Below are positions 1 through 14,400 of a stretch of 64,000 nucleotides of DNA, in pieces (within the stretch, counting starts at the first letter, position 1; the number at the start of each line of letters is the position of its first letter). The notes beneath the pieces are model-generated. The model worked only from the letters and a program-made list of their open reading frames with translations. It did no database searches and was not told where the DNA came from. A program made the translations under genes and the position numbers. The DNA is from Octopus vulgaris (taxonomy: Eukaryota). The stretch is taken from positions 35,588,001 through 35,652,000 of the forward strand of contig OX597825.1 in the NCBI GenBank assembly GCA_951406725.2. The letters run 5' to 3'.

Positions 1-1212
1 ATCTTTAATTGCATGCAGTTTTGAAAACAGCAGCTCTAGAGCAACTAAGAAAATGTTTGCCATAATGGCAACTGAAATAATGTCATGTGAATCAAGAGAT
101 TCACATGACATTATTTTATTAAAACTGAATAAGCAACCACAACTGAACTGACATCCAAGGAGAGTGACATTGATGAAAACATAAAACAGTGATTAACCCT
201 CAAAACACCAACAACTGCCTTTCAACCATGGAAGAAAACATAGAATTTACACAAACATGTTTAATCTTTTAGCATTTAGACCAGCCATCAGGCCCAAACA
301 CTCTACCCCTTTTCTGTTCAAAATGGTCAGATCTACCCTCTCACACCTACCCAACAATGTCATTCTAAACATAAACAATCACATCAGCAAAATCTTAAAG
401 TTAAAAGATAGTGCATGATTAATTTAAAACCATGTGAATCAATGAGTATTACTATTGACAGAGTAATCTGAATGCTAAAGGGTTAAAATAAATCAGTGGA
501 TCAACAACTTGATGTGAAGAGGTGAATCTACTTAGCAACAAAGCAGAAGAACTATTTCTTAGGTAGGGCAATTTCTTCAAACTAAGAACACATTCTAAAT
601 TGTGAGAGAAACAACCTCCACAGCAATACAAAATCAATAACAAGAATATCAAAATCAGAATTTGTTTCCTTTCTTTTTTTTTTTTTTTGTATTTACAGTA
701 CCAAACCAAATTTAATCTAATTTTCAGGAAGTTTGCCAAATTTCTACAACAGGAAGAATTAATCAGATTGAACTGAATCAACAAGATTCAGATATTTTAT
801 CCAAAATATCATTGTTGTTGGCCATAGTTTATTGTCAATTAAGAAAACACACACTAATACGTAAACTATAAGCCAGTTAATTATGTACCTGCAAAATTAT
901 GACACTGCTACCAAAACTTTGCTTATTGATTATTTTGAGTCCAACAATTTCATATTAAGAATACAATTATTTCATCTATTTAGACAAAACACTTAAATTT
1001 CCATATTTTTTAACAAATATTCCAATATCTTCACTAGGTTTCACAGGTAAAGGATGAATTTTATTCTTTTTCTTATTCATTTTAGTTAAGAACGTTATAA
1101 TTATCACTTATAATTATTGAGATTTAGTAGGTTTCAGTAATAGAATAGCTAAATTTCTATGATATTCTAAAGACAATATGGATCAATCAATCCAGGAGTG
1201 TGAATAACTCAC

Positions 1213-1314
1213 TGTTGAGAGTAGGGAGAGCACTTCCAGCCGGCTGAGCTTCAGTCGGTGTATCAGTAGTGGACGGCTCAGTGTCTGGTTCCAGACTGAT
1301 TTCGGTCCCACCGC
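1213..1314 (-). CDS. SNX2: SNX1/2 next exon (GGGTEISLEPDTEPSTTDTPTEAQPAGSALPTLN)
   Basis: Acceptor ttggcag|, donor A|gtgagt, 102 nt, phase 1 to 1, GC/CpG-rich within AT-rich intron. Joined to exon 2 it gives EDLFAGGGTEISLE, resembling SNX2 EDLFAEATEEVSLD. Confidence 0.85.
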
Positions 1315-4300
1315 CTGCCAACAATACACCACACACATTACACACAAACCAAACACAACAACAACAATAATAATAATAAAAAAAATTTAAATAATGTTCT
1401 CTAATACAATATTTTCAGTAAAATAAAGTGACTGTAACATAAAGACACATTGTGTCATCATAGTTAAAAATAAAATTTCACAACAGTTTCAAAGAAAACA
1501 TTTTGAAAAGAATTGGTGAATCATTAATATGGTTTCTTACATGGGTAATGAGGACACACATTTACTAAGCAACCTCAGTGTATACCTGGTAATTAATTTA
1601 TTGATTTAACAGTTGACTTTTTGAAGGCAAATACTATCAAACATCAAAGGCATACTAGCATTTCTATCACTCCATGGCCAAATTAGTTAATACATCATGT
1701 AACTGATTTAAAAAAAAAAATGTACATTTGAATTTTTGAAGATGCTATTTACAGTGATCAAAGATTTGTGGTTTATATGATCCAAAACTTGATAGGGAAT
1801 CCAAAACATTGAAGCGTTCTGGTGTAAGAAGAATGTCACATCCAGACTTATAAAATGAAATAAATGAAGTGTCTATTGCAGTGAGCTGCAAGTGGTCGGT
1901 GCATGGTACACTATGAAATTTTGAAAATATAACTTAAGGCTTCACAAAATTTTATTAAAAAATGCTCGAGTGATTACAAAAAAATGTGTAAATATTAAAA
2001 TATTTTTAAAACAACTTTCTATATACTTTCCCCTCTAAACTTTTTTAATTTGAAAACTTTTCTTTATTAAAACAAAAAAAGACTTGTTTGAAGTGTGCCA
2101 GTTTTTTGATTTTATTTAATTTTTTTTTTTTTTATCTCTCATAGTCAACAAAATCAAAAAGATTTAGAGTTATTAAACTGTGGAGTTGAACTTATTTGAA
2201 AATATAAAGTCTACTCAGGCAAAATAGGGATAATGGCAGCCCAATGGAGAAACGAGCCCCACAAGGTGGACTAGCTGTTGCAGCAAGTGTTACTGCCCAT
2301 TCTCTGCTACAATGCCATCGCAGTCATTATTGCAGGATGTGGCTGAGGACACCATTTGTTCCAGGATATGTGGCCCATTGCCCCCACCTCCATTTTCTGC
2401 TGCTTTATCCCCTATTTATTTTCTTTCCCTTCCTTATCTCTTTTTTCCCCTATTTCTTTGTATTTAAACTCAAGCAATTAAAATTCACAACTGGGATCTG
2501 CTCTGTTGAATGACTCAACAGTATCTATTCCATAATTAAAGTCCATTTTTTTATGTTTGCATGGATCAGATAGAATTTGTTGAGGCAGATTTTCTACAGT
2601 CGGATGCCCTTTCTGTCACCAACCCTCACCTGTTTCCATTTAAGGTAATATTTTCCCATTTCTAAACATGCTTTACGTGGACAATTGGAATGAACACTCA
2701 TTTGTATCACTATGATTTTTATTTACAACCATCAAGTGATAACTAAACACACACACACACACAAGGAGCTTCTTTCAGTTTCCACCTACCAAATCCACTC
2801 ACAAAGTTTTGGTCAGCCTAAGGCTATAGAAGTTAATTGCCCAAATTGCCATTTATTAAATAATATATAAAAGAAGGAAACAGGGACTATTTAAGCTTTT
2901 GTTAGAGAATATCAGTTAATAAAAGTGACTAAAATTTCAAAATAGCTAGGGAAGAAAATATATATATAAACACACAGAAACTAACAGTGTCAAGCCAACT
3001 ACAATTATTATCATAGTCGTTTGGTATGTGGCACTCTATCAGTTATGATGATGAGGGTTCCAGTTGATCCAATCAATGGAATAGCCTGCTCGTAGAATTA
3101 ATTTGCATGTGGCTGAGCAGTCCACAGACAAGTGTATGCTTAACGTAGTCCTCAAGGAGATTCAGTATAACACAGAGTGTGACAAGGCTGGCCCTTTGAA
3201 ATACAAGTACAACTCATTTTTGCCAGCTGAGTGAACTGTGATCACAAGCCAAATAATCTAACCACTAAACCATGCACCTTGCTTTTGGTATATAATAGTG
3301 TAGGATCACATGCATGAACATTTGATGGAGCAAAGTTTTTACAACTGGCTGCTCTCTCACAGTATATGTGAGTATGCATATAGACACAACACACATATAT
3401 ACATGTATATATGTGTGTGTATTTACTATACATTTTATTAGCATCATGCTAGTATGATCAATTATACATTTTGTTATCTCTGAGGGAGAATGTTTATATT
3501 TCTAAAGAGTTTCTTAGCACCAAGGATAATGAATGAAGGCTAAGAATATTTTGAGACAGACCTAATTTACTGTCTCAAGAGGATCAATGCTTCCTAAAAC
3601 ATGAGGTTTTGTATTTTAAGGCAGTTCATTATTGCTTTTTACCTTCCTATGGCCATTCTTTCTTGGTACTGAGATGAAATAAAGTCACATTTTTTCTTGC
3701 TTTTTTTTTAAACAAAAAATGTAGGTAAAATAGCAAAGCAGAATCTGGTCATTTTGAAAACATGCCATTGATAGTTTATCTAATTTTAATGAAGGACTTG
3801 AATATTGGTTTTGCTAAATATCTCACTAGAACCATCCAGTTATTACTATATACACAATTGTGTGTGTGTGTGAGAGAGAGAGAGAAAAACAGGAGAGAGA
3901 AATAAAAAAAAAAGAGAGAGAGATGCAAAAGTTAAGTGAAGAACATATTGAACTTTCTCTGACAGGTTTGTATCTTTTACTTTCACCAAAGCACCAATCT
4001 ACTTAGCAGCTTGCAACTAGACACATTGCTATTACTGCTTTTGCTCTAAGACTGTCACCTTACCCTGGCAAATCCAAGGACAAGAATCTGCAGCCTAAGC
4101 AATCAGAATCACTGTAGTAATTACCTGACATTACAGGTGTGTAATATTGTAGAATGCATCTGTATTTTCAGTAAACAGTTGTTAAACATACTAACCATTA
4201 TAATTTAAAATCTAAGACATTAAATGGTATTATCTATTATAAACAGTATCTTATAAATACCAACTTCAGATAACAGTATTTGATGGCATAAAAGATGCAC

Positions 4301-5479
4301 AGGCATATGAGATGCTTCCCAAAGTTTTTAGTGCATTAAAGCATGCAATATGTCCAACTTTGCATTTAAGCCCAAACGTGATTTTTTGAAGACATTTTGA
4401 AGGAAAAAGATGTGTTTATATGTCATTAACTACAGTAGATAATGAACAAGGGACCCACTTTAGAATGGTTGGAATCTCATTTGGGCCTGACAGTCATTTC
4501 TATCATAAAATGGTGAATATAAATCTTAAAAGTATGTTGGCTGTTATTTAAAAGTTTCACACTAAGTCACTAATCTTTAAATAATTCAGATATGTCATCT
4601 GCATGAAAAAAAACAATGGGTAAGTTAATAGTAACATATTTAATGCAAAAGCTAACTAGAAATATGCAGTGAAGAAAACAAAACTATTTCATAGCACCAA
4701 TATTTAACATTTACTTAGAGATAGTTTTGTCACTATTTTGGCAATTATGTTTCATTGATGAAATCACAATAAGGCTAAAATGTATCCAGAATTGTCTCTT
4801 GTTCTGCCAGAAACATAAAACAGAGTAATATTTTATTTTTCTCACCACATATATTTTATAGTTAATATTCTCAATATTCTATCTATTTTGATGTGTTAAC
4901 ACTAACATACTATCAGATCTTATTTGATGATTATAAATTTATGTGAAATTGATCATCATGCCATTCAAAAAAATAATAGTAAACCATTAACCAATCTAAT
5001 ACTGGGTTAATGTTAGTTGAAACATTAATAAAAATGATGTGTATACACACCAGGATCATTTTAGGCTTTCAACATTAACTATTTATAGAGGTGTGTATGC
5101 ATGTATAGGTGAGAGAGAAAGTGTTAGGTGTATACATTTGTTTCAGAGAACTACTAGATCAGGTCTACTGAAGGTGTTATCCTATTTTTATAGCCAACAA
5201 AATTTTACAATTTTACTGATGTGTAAAGTAATGTATTTACAAAAAAATATAAAGAAATAAAAGTAAAACCAAGAATATAATTCAACATAAATGTGTGAAA
5301 TTTGTGAAATACATGCAATAAATACAAAAATACATGAAATGTAATAGAGAAAAAGAGGGTGATAAAATAATTATATATTAATACAATATAATAAAGTGAC
5401 AATATGTATTTATAACACAGGCAAAGAGAAAAATAATGGTAAAAGATTAAGAAATTGCTGAAACAATGACAAGTGTGCA

Positions 5480-5520
<41 letters not shown>

Positions 5521-6333
5521 TAGCTATACATGCATTTAGTGTCAACATACATTATTCACACAAAACTCAAATGTGGGTAAAATCAACAATACATAAACAA
5601 AAATACAAATTTATTTAAAAGATCAAAAATTAAAATCTGTGTGAACAAACCAGAAAGAAAAAAAAAAGACACACACAAAAAGACCTGAAGCAAGAAGCAA
5701 ATTTGATTGAGTGTACAACAATGAGGTTTAAGTCCTATCACATTTATCAAACTTTGGATTAGAGGTGGCTGAATCATTGATTTCTTTCAATGAAGATTAG
5801 GGGGCATATATTATTGATGAAAGACTGGGAAATTACAATGCTAACATTTGTGCTCTTTCCAGAAACTGTTTAATAATGCAAAAGGAATGAAGTGCTTTTG
5901 ACAGGAAATTGTAACAGGGATGAGAATTTAGAATTTAGGCAAGAGTAACAAGTTATTGGTCTATGAACCGAAGCACAGATAGGAAAGATTATCAAAGCAA
6001 GTTATTGGGTAATATAAATGAAGGGAGCATCTATGTCGCTACTAAACCTGCTAAAAATAGCAACCAAATCTCCCTCAAATCACACTTTATTGTCTACAAA
6101 AAGAAAAACGGAAGATACATTGAATAACGTAGTCCTAAGTACACAATATCTGAAAAAAAATTTAAGACAGAAAGGTTAAAGCTGGGATGCTTTTGATCAT
6201 AGGTCTGCTCATTCAGGGTTGACATGGGGCTAAACAACATCAGATCATTGATTTTATTAATCTATATACTACTAAAACTCTGTGATTGCTTGCTTGCATG
6301 CATGCTTGTCTGTAATTTAATACAGTCAAACTG

Positions 6334-6596
6334 GCACATAATGGAAAAATACTCTGAAAGTAAGGTGCACCTGAAATGGGAATACAAACGGAATCAGACA
6401 AGTTTTGCACAAATTGGACCACAGGTTCCCAAGACATGCAATTTTTCAGGTACCTTTATAAATAGCCAAACCAGCACATAATGGGAAAATACTTTAAAGA
6501 TAGGGTACCATTGAAATGTGAATACAAACGGAATAAAACAAGTTTCGCGCAAATCAGACTACGGGTTCCCAAGATAAAATGGTTTTTTCAGGTACT
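6334..6596. repeat. Two tandem copies of an about 140-bp unit (probably internal repeats of a DNA element)
   Basis: GCACATAATGG..AAATACT...GAATACAAACGGAAT...GGTTCCCAAGA...TTTTTCAGGTAC at about 6334 and 6474. Confidence 0.75.
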
Positions 6597-9500
6597 TTGA
6601 ACTATTGATCACCTAACAGGTCATGGGTAGTCTAGTGCTTCAATAAAGTTACTCTGTTTTCATGTAGCACTTTGTTACATATCAATAGAGTGAGGAAGGA
6701 ATAAGTGGAAGTGGTGGTGATAAAAAAAACAGAAGAAACAGAAATGACCAACTCAACTGTAATCTTTGATTCTGTTTGACTTCCCATTTTAAACCCAAAA
6801 CATACTCCTTCCAAAGTACTTAAAGTAATGTGGAGTTAAAAAACGTTTTCAAAAGAATAAGGAATTGGCTGACTCTCTTGAATAGTTTATTCCTGTACTG
6901 GGCAAAATGTTAACCCCTACACACTTCTTTGTGGAAGACTTCTATGAGCTGTACAGTGAATGATTGTCTGTTCCTTCCCCTTGAAAAAGTCCACTTTTAT
7001 GAATGATTTCCAAATTATCGTACATAATCATTCATGAAATTTATTGATTCGATAAATTATCAACTAAAGACAATTTAAGTCAATAAGACAGCCTGCATAC
7101 AGTTGTTCCTTTTGCTAGAAATAACAACCAAATTCCACTCAAATCCTACCCAAGCTTCTTAAATAAAAAATGATCATGGTAGATATGTAGTTTGACAAAC
7201 CCCACATTAGAGACTGGATGGTCATTGCTGAAATACCAGAGCCCATATATCTACTGACCTGGGGCTAAACAACAATTTCACTAAGACAACTGAATTTAAG
7301 CATTGCTTTTTTATTTTTTATTAAATCTGGATTAGATTAATTATCTACTCACAATATCAGGTGAAATGGTTGTTAAGCAGCAATAATCTCAAGAATCTTA
7401 TGAGATATTACAAGGATTTCTGAGACACTAGTTGGTCAATTATAAATAGTGGGAACATCCATGAAATTGCATCATCCATCATTGATTTTGAAGGCGTCAC
7501 TTCTGCTGCTTCTACAGATTTGCCATCTGATGGCTACCTTCACTGAGGCCTTTCAGCTCATTAATACCATTACCAGCAATCCAACCTTCTTATAAGGAGA
7601 GTTCTGCTCTGCTAGTATTATTTTCTCCCTGCATTCAGCACTCATTCCACCTAAATGCTCAGCAGAATTCTCCCACTTAATATATACAACTCTTTCCTTG
7701 TTGTTATGGTGCTCTATAGTTTGGGCCCATGACAACAGCATCCAATGTACATTAACAATTGGTTCAAACTTGATAAATAGTCTGAGAAAATCAGTTGTAA
7801 AACCTAACAAAACCCCACCTTTAAATGATCCTTTCTAATATAGGCACAAGGTCTGGAATTTTAGAGGAGGGACTAAGTTGATTATATTGAGCCCAGTGCT
7901 CAGCTGATACAAATTTTATCAACTCTGAAAGAATGAAAGGCAAAGTCGACCCTGGTGGAATTTGAACTCAGAACGTAAAATGCCACTAAGCATTTTGTCC
8001 AGCATGCCAACTAACAATTCTGCCAGTTCACCACCTTACACCATCTTTAGATAATAGATGTTTATGGATCAATTTAAAGAAACCAAGCTTATTTACCAGG
8101 TGGTGGTGGTGGTGGTTTGTTGTTTTTCAACTCCCTTACATAATCTGCATTACAAAGTTAGAAACATAAAAAGCAAAGGGAAACAAAACAAAAAAAATAC
8201 TCAGTGGATCAGCTAATAACATCCACCTTGCACCTAGGGAAAGAGTGAGTCACAGAGATAAAAACATGTTCCAAAGTATCTAGTATCAATTAATTGAAAT
8301 GCATGCTGCCAAACAAAGCTATCAAACGTTATCATGCACTTATCAGTAAGCCAGATTGACTGGGGTTTTTGGACTTCTAGCTAAAGGACAGGTTGAAGGA
8401 GCATTTAATAGTGACTAAAGGATTCAAACTACTACTGAAGTTGCTCTATGGCTATTGCACATAGCTCACTAACTGAATCCACCTTGCAGCAAATACATTT
8501 TACTATTGATAATCATGGTGCTATTGTAAATTTAAACATTTCATATACTCTGCAATGCTGAATCCCAGTTCTGCTTGCTCGGATCATTTTAGAAATGTCT
8601 ATGGTGAGGCTTCAACTAAACCATTTTGTCACCACCACCATAAAAAGAGACTGAATCATCATCTCCAAATACATCTCAGTTTCACTGAAAACAGTACTTC
8701 ATCACTGCACTGCCCAGTATGTGACAAATCCTCATGAAAATTAGATTATACATTAAAATATTCAAATGGTCAAGATGTAGCCTGGCCTATACAGCCAGCT
8801 TCATTTAAATACCAACGAAAACAGCTGATGGTCATCTCTTATCCACCTACATTTAATAGTTATCTCTAGTCTGCCATTCTTAGTCTGACTGATTTTCATA
8901 GGCACCCCTAGTTGGCTTATATTTAATGGTCAATCTTAATCTGCCTATATTTAGTCATCTGTAGTCTGCTCATATTTACAGTCATCTCTAGTTTGCTTTG
9001 CATACGAGGGTCATCTTTAGTTTGTCTACAAACAGCAGTTTTCTCTAGTCTGCCTCCATGTAATAGTAATCTCCAAATTGCTTTCAAATAGTTATCACTA
9101 ATCGACAAAGTGGGAGGGAGGGAGAGAGAGAGAGAGAGAGAGACAATTGTGAGAAGACAATAGCTGTATTTGTGGCAGCAGAAAAACAAGAGACAAAGAG
9201 ACTGATTTAATGTCAGAACACTGAACATATCAAGAATGATTGTTGTTGTAATAGTAGTTGCAGCTCTGCTCTAGAAGACATATGACCTGGAGATAATTAA
9301 TCAAATAGATTGCCAGATTTCAGTATGTTTTGTGGCGTATCACGTTGTACCTTTGACCAAGCAGCATTTAGCTCCTTGGTCAAGAGTTCAACATGATAAG
9401 GTAACAGTCAAAGTGTGTCATGTCAAAACTGCTATCCAGGGGAATCTTGGCTGATTAAGTGTAGAAGTTATAGTGAAAATGGACAAGGCAGGCTCAGTCA

Positions 9501-10015
9501 GTAGATTACAGTCTTCAGCAAATGGATGAGTTACTCACAGTTCTATAGTTTTAAGAGTGAATTATTTAACATTTATAGTGTTGTTATAATTTGTATTACA
9601 CAATTAAGATTATATAAAAAATTTAAAGGCCACTTATCACTTAACATTCTAGCACAAATAATGCAGTTTTTTTTTATATAGTAGTGGCTGTAGTACAAAG
9701 ACTGAAGATAAAAAAGTACAAAAACAATAATAAAATGACTGAGAATAATTGAAAAATAGATTGTGTAAATGATTAGTCATAAAGCATCATCTGCTAATAG
9801 GATTGTCTGATTGATTAATACCTATGAGAAATAACTTCTGTATAATATAATGTCCTACTTCCATAAGTAAAATAGCTGCACATTGTGAAGCTACATCTAC
9901 ATGAGAACAAAATATAAACACACAGCACAAACATGCAGTTCTAAGATGCAGTCGAACCAGCTACAAATTGTCTTCATGAAGCATAAAGGACACGTAGGCT
10001 TTTGGCCGAACTAAC

Positions 10016-10093
10016 CTAGATCCAATATTCCTTTTCGGAATTCTTCACCATAATCTAATAAATCTGCATTGCTTTCAAGTGGATAAGCATCAA
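10016..10093 (-). CDS. SNX2: Probable alternative cassette exon of SNX1/2 (VDAYPLESNADLLDYGEEFRKGILDL)
   Basis: Strong acceptor gttttcttttcag|, donor TAG|gttagt, 78 nt, phase 1 to 1, open in the exon-2 frame, 240 nt downstream of exon 2. Confidence 0.65.
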
Positions 10094-10333
10094 CTGAAAA
10101 GAAAACATGCTATTAAATATATTCCTATACAAATGTGACAGAAAATCAAGTGTTCCATGACATAAAACTGAAAACATATTTCATTGATTCCAACCAAATA
10201 TCAATTCAAGGACGACAAAGAGACATTACAGACAACAAAAACAAAAATAGATTTTATATCAGAACAGGGTAAGAAGAAAAACTGAAAGTAATATTTAAAA
10301 ACAGGAGTTTTCCAAATGAATATGAAAGCTCAC

Positions 10334-10433
10334 CCGCGAAAAGATCCTCCGTTTTCAAATTGTCCTCTGGCAAACTTGCTGGGCCATCTTTCTCCTCGTT
10401 TAAGATGAGACTGGCTGGTTCAAACTTCTTTGT
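10334..10433 (-). CDS. SNX2: SNX1/2 exon 2 (TKKFEPASLILNEEKDGPASLPEDNLKTEDLFA+G)
   Basis: Acceptor ttttacag|, donor G|gtgagc, 100 nt, phase 0 to 1, compatible with exon 1. EPASL and EDLFA match the corresponding SNX2 segment. Lies within track ORF 10254..10466. Confidence 0.88.
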
Positions 10434-12152
10434 CTGTAAAACGTGAAAAGCAATACTGTAATTCATATACTATTAGAGGAAAATTTTGGGGGCAGATTTT
10501 AAAAACAGATATGTTGCTGTTAGTAAGAAAGTGATATAGTGAGAATTTATAAAAGAAAAACTTTAGTTTTACACAGAACACTTAAAATCAAACATTGCTG
10601 TTGCAGCAGCAACAGATCCAAGGGAGCTACTACTTGTATTAAGATTACATACCCATAATACTAGATGCACAAACCAATGAGGCTACCTTAATGCTATTGT
10701 TTGACAGCTTAGATAACAGCTGGATCTCCCTAAATCACACACCATCATCTTCACACAAAAAAGAAAAAAAAAAAAGGAACCAAGCATTTGATAAACCATA
10801 GTCCTTGATATACTGTCTGCATATAAGATGGGTTAGTCAGGAGTGGAATACCATTGATCAGAAATTACCAAGGGCTATAAAGTAACAGCTATACAATATT
10901 CATGACCAACACACAGCTAAAACTTTCATGCTCTCTGGACATATTGCACCTTACAATCTTTGAAGATCTTTAATGATGAGCATGTATCTTACAATCACTA
11001 AAATAGCATCAGAAATTACTTTAGCTTTAAATAGATACAGATTATTAGTATTAAATAAATAGGCTGGAAGCTCAGCAATTGTTGAGTCAAGTTCATGCCA
11101 GTCAGCATCATGGGTTACTGGAGTGAAGGTCCTATTAAAATGTCTAGTTCAAGCCAGACTTCCAGGTAAATAAGAACTGAGAGTACATTATGAGCAAGAT
11201 GGCCAGCCACACCTGAAACAAACTGAGAGGAAGCTGCCTCTTAAAGGCCAAGAAGAGTAGCGAACACATGGATGATCTCCATTAGTTATTAACACTTGGC
11301 AGTTTTCATCTAACCAGACTATACAATCAGTGGTTTCCTTTCTTGTGAAAGGGACACATTCCACAAGTCAGAAGGTCCACTTTCTGCCAACACTCTGCAA
11401 AAGAGTTTAGTAAGTTGGGTCTGTTGATACAAAAGCTTATGCTGAGGCTCTGATATCTGCAGAGTTTCCTGGGTGATGAGAAGAAAATGTCATTATTTGT
11501 ACGGCATCATTTCCTGCAGTTTCAATCCTGGGTCAAGTGGAAGATTGAGACTTAGTGCTCGTCAGTGTATCAACCTTTGCATCCTATAAAGAAAGAATCA
11601 TAGCCATGTATGGAGAGGGATTCTTTGGGATTTGAATATTTCACCTCTGGAAACATGAGTGTTTTATTTATCATCTTTAGACAATTCTTCATTAGGGGCC
11701 TTTTGAGCAGAATGAGCTACACAACCCGAAGAAAATTCTAACTAGGCCCCCACCTACAAGGTCATGTGTTGTTTATTTTGATACAAGATCACCATGGTAC
11801 AGATATATGGTTGTGATGCATGCATCTTAGACAGGTTGTCATTATGGGTACATTGGGCTTCATATATTTGTACCCTAACATCACTTTGATGGTATGTGCT
11901 CTCAATAATAATAATAATGGTTTCAAATTTTGCCACAAGGGCAGCAATTTTTGGAGGGAGGGGATGAGTTGATTACATTGACCCCAGTGTTTAACTGGTA
12001 CTTATTTTATGGACCCCAAAAGGATGAAAGGTAAAGTCGACCTTTGTGGAATTTGAACTCAGAATGTACCAGCGGGTGAAATGCTGCAAAGCATTTCATC
12101 CAGCACACTAATGATTCTGCCAGCTCACCACCATAATAATAATAATAATAAT

Positions 12153-12310
12153 TGTTGATACCCTAGATACAGTGAACAAAGAAATCAAAAAATGGTTGGA
12201 AAAATAGGCATTAAAAAATGAAAAACAGCATTACTTGGCAGTCCACCTTAGTTCACAGGAAGTGAATGGTTGATATATTCAAGACACTCCAGCAACAAGC
12301 TGAGTATGTT
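12153..12310 (+). mobile_element. Short degenerate 3' end of an RLE-type LINE
   Basis: Reads VVDTLDTVNKEIKKWLEK...KTALLGS across a frameshift and follows an (AAT)n run. Confidence 0.45.
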
Positions 12311-13203
12311 AGATATAATAACAGTAATTTTTTCTACAATTGGCAAGGCCTGAAATTTGGTGGGGAAAGAGCTAATAATAATAATCTTTCACTCTCATAA
12401 TTATAATGTTAAATCTCATTATCATTCAGTATCATTCATTATCATACATTATCATTCATTATCAACCAGTCAAGGTACATTATGCAATGGGAGGAGAAAG
12501 TAAAAAAAAAAAAGAAAGTCAAACTAAAATTAATAGAAATAGTTAAAAATCTAGAAAACTCGCAATATAAAACACAATAGACAATTTAAAGTAATATGAC
12601 AATGTGACAACATAGAACTAAATAGGTTACTGAAAATGTCATAGGGCAATTATTTTTCCATCTGAGAGCTGATTATCTAATCAAAACAAAAAAAGTTTTA
12701 TCAAAACACTAATCAGCAATATTTTAATTGCTAGCCTACAATATAATAAATAATTAGTCAAAACCTGAAATAGGATATTTCCAATTAAGATAAAAATGTC
12801 AAATTATTCTCCCCTCCCCCACTATTTATCTAATGGTACAAAGCTAGTATTGTAGAGAATGGAGTATAGGTAATTGAATTAATCCAATATAATCTTTCTA
12901 TTGCTTTGGCTAGTTTCCTGGTTCTTATGATAATGGTTTTTTATCATAGGCAGGAGGCTACAAAATTTTGAGGAAGTGCTTCATTTGATCAAACCAGCCA
13001 CAATACAACTAAATGCAGAGGAGCTCTGCCAGCAAGAACATATTCTTGCTTTCTATAATGGTATATGCTGTGGGTAGTCCATTGTTTGGGTTAATTCAGT
13101 TTACAATGTATCAAACACCTTTTTTGAAACAACTATGTACCTCTCCAAAGTTGCTAAACTTACTACAAACAGTAGCCAAATCCACTTCATCTACTACTAT
13201 CTA

Positions 13204-14400
13204 TCAGGCTGAGTAAAAAGTAAGCAACGTTTTGAAACATGAAATTCATCACAATATATTTCAACAATGCAGGAATTTTATTCATCAAAGTAAGTACCAT
13301 TACAATCAACACATTTTTATTCCACTAATATAAAAATCTGGAGTTCTGGAGCTGATGAACTCTTTGAACACACTTTCAGTATCGATTTGATTTTTTAACT
13401 CCTCCTCTCGCAGGAAACCATCAAGGTGCTGGAAAAAGTGGTAGTCAGTAGGAGAAAGGTCTGGGGAATAAGCTGGGTGGGGAAGAACTTTGTAACCAAA
13501 TTCCCTCAACTTCTGGAGCGTCATTACTGAAGCGTGAAGAATGATTGGCCCTCTTCTGTTGACCAGTCTGGGATACAGGGGTTGCAGTTTTTCATTCATT
13601 TTGGCAATTTCATAGTAATATGTTTCTGCAGTAATGGTTTTTCCAGGTTTTAAGAAGTTATAGTGGAGGAGTCCAGCAGTACACCACCAAACAGTCACCA
13701 TAACCTATTTGAAGAGCTCAGGTTTAGGGAAGGTTTTCAGTGCTTCATTTTGGTCCAACCACTGTGAAGAACATTTTTTTTATTGTTGTACAAAATCCAC
13801 TTTTCATTGCAAGTTACAATAAGGTCAAAAAATGGATCACAAATTTCATATCTGTGCATTTTTTGATTTTCATTCAAATCGTGATACTCATTTGTCGAGC
13901 TTTTGATTTTCAGATCGCATGCAAATGGCTGCAGGCAGTTTTCTGGTTAACTTGATGTTCTTTTACCAGTTCTCAAGTGATTTTACATGGCTCTTTCTCA
14001 ATTATGGTCTTTTATTGATTGTCATCGATGACAGATGGGTGTCCACTATGCTCACAATCTTTAAGGTTCAGGTCTCCACTACGAAATAGTCTAAACCATT
14101 TCCAAGCTGACCACTTACTGGTAATTTTCTCACCAAACGTTTTGTTGATATCACAAGCAGTTTTACCTCCATTTTTGAAGTAGAATAGCAAAATTGCTCA
14201 AATATTGTGCTTTGACAGTTCCATTTCAGATGATTGTAACAATGGTGAAAAAAAAAAATCAATATTGATTTATTGATGGAGTCAGGCAAGTATTATCAGA
14301 CAATTGCAAAAATATGTTTAAAAAAAAATTCAAAACTCTGCAAAAATCCGGTACAAATCCTTCATGGTTCAAAACATTGCATACTTTTTACTCAACCCGA
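13204..14400 (-). mobile_element. Near full-length degenerate mariner transposon
   Basis: About 40-bp TIRs (TCAGGCTGAGTAAAAAGTAAGCAACGTTTTGAA vs TCGGGTTGAGTAAAAAGTATGCAATGTTTTGAA) with TA on both flanks. ORF 13306..13701 contains HPAYSPDLSPTDYHFF; the upstream part is broken by frameshifts and stops. Confidence 0.92.

Noticed and set aside
7553-7810. 85-aa minus ORF inside an SNX2 intron as an extra exon
   Set aside because: No SNX similarity and no compatible donor found.
11040-11583. Minus-strand acceptor tctttatag|GATGCAAAG with exon-like composition
   Set aside because: Stops in all three frames within 17 codons, no clear donor or polyA signal, and the acceptor abuts a repeat.
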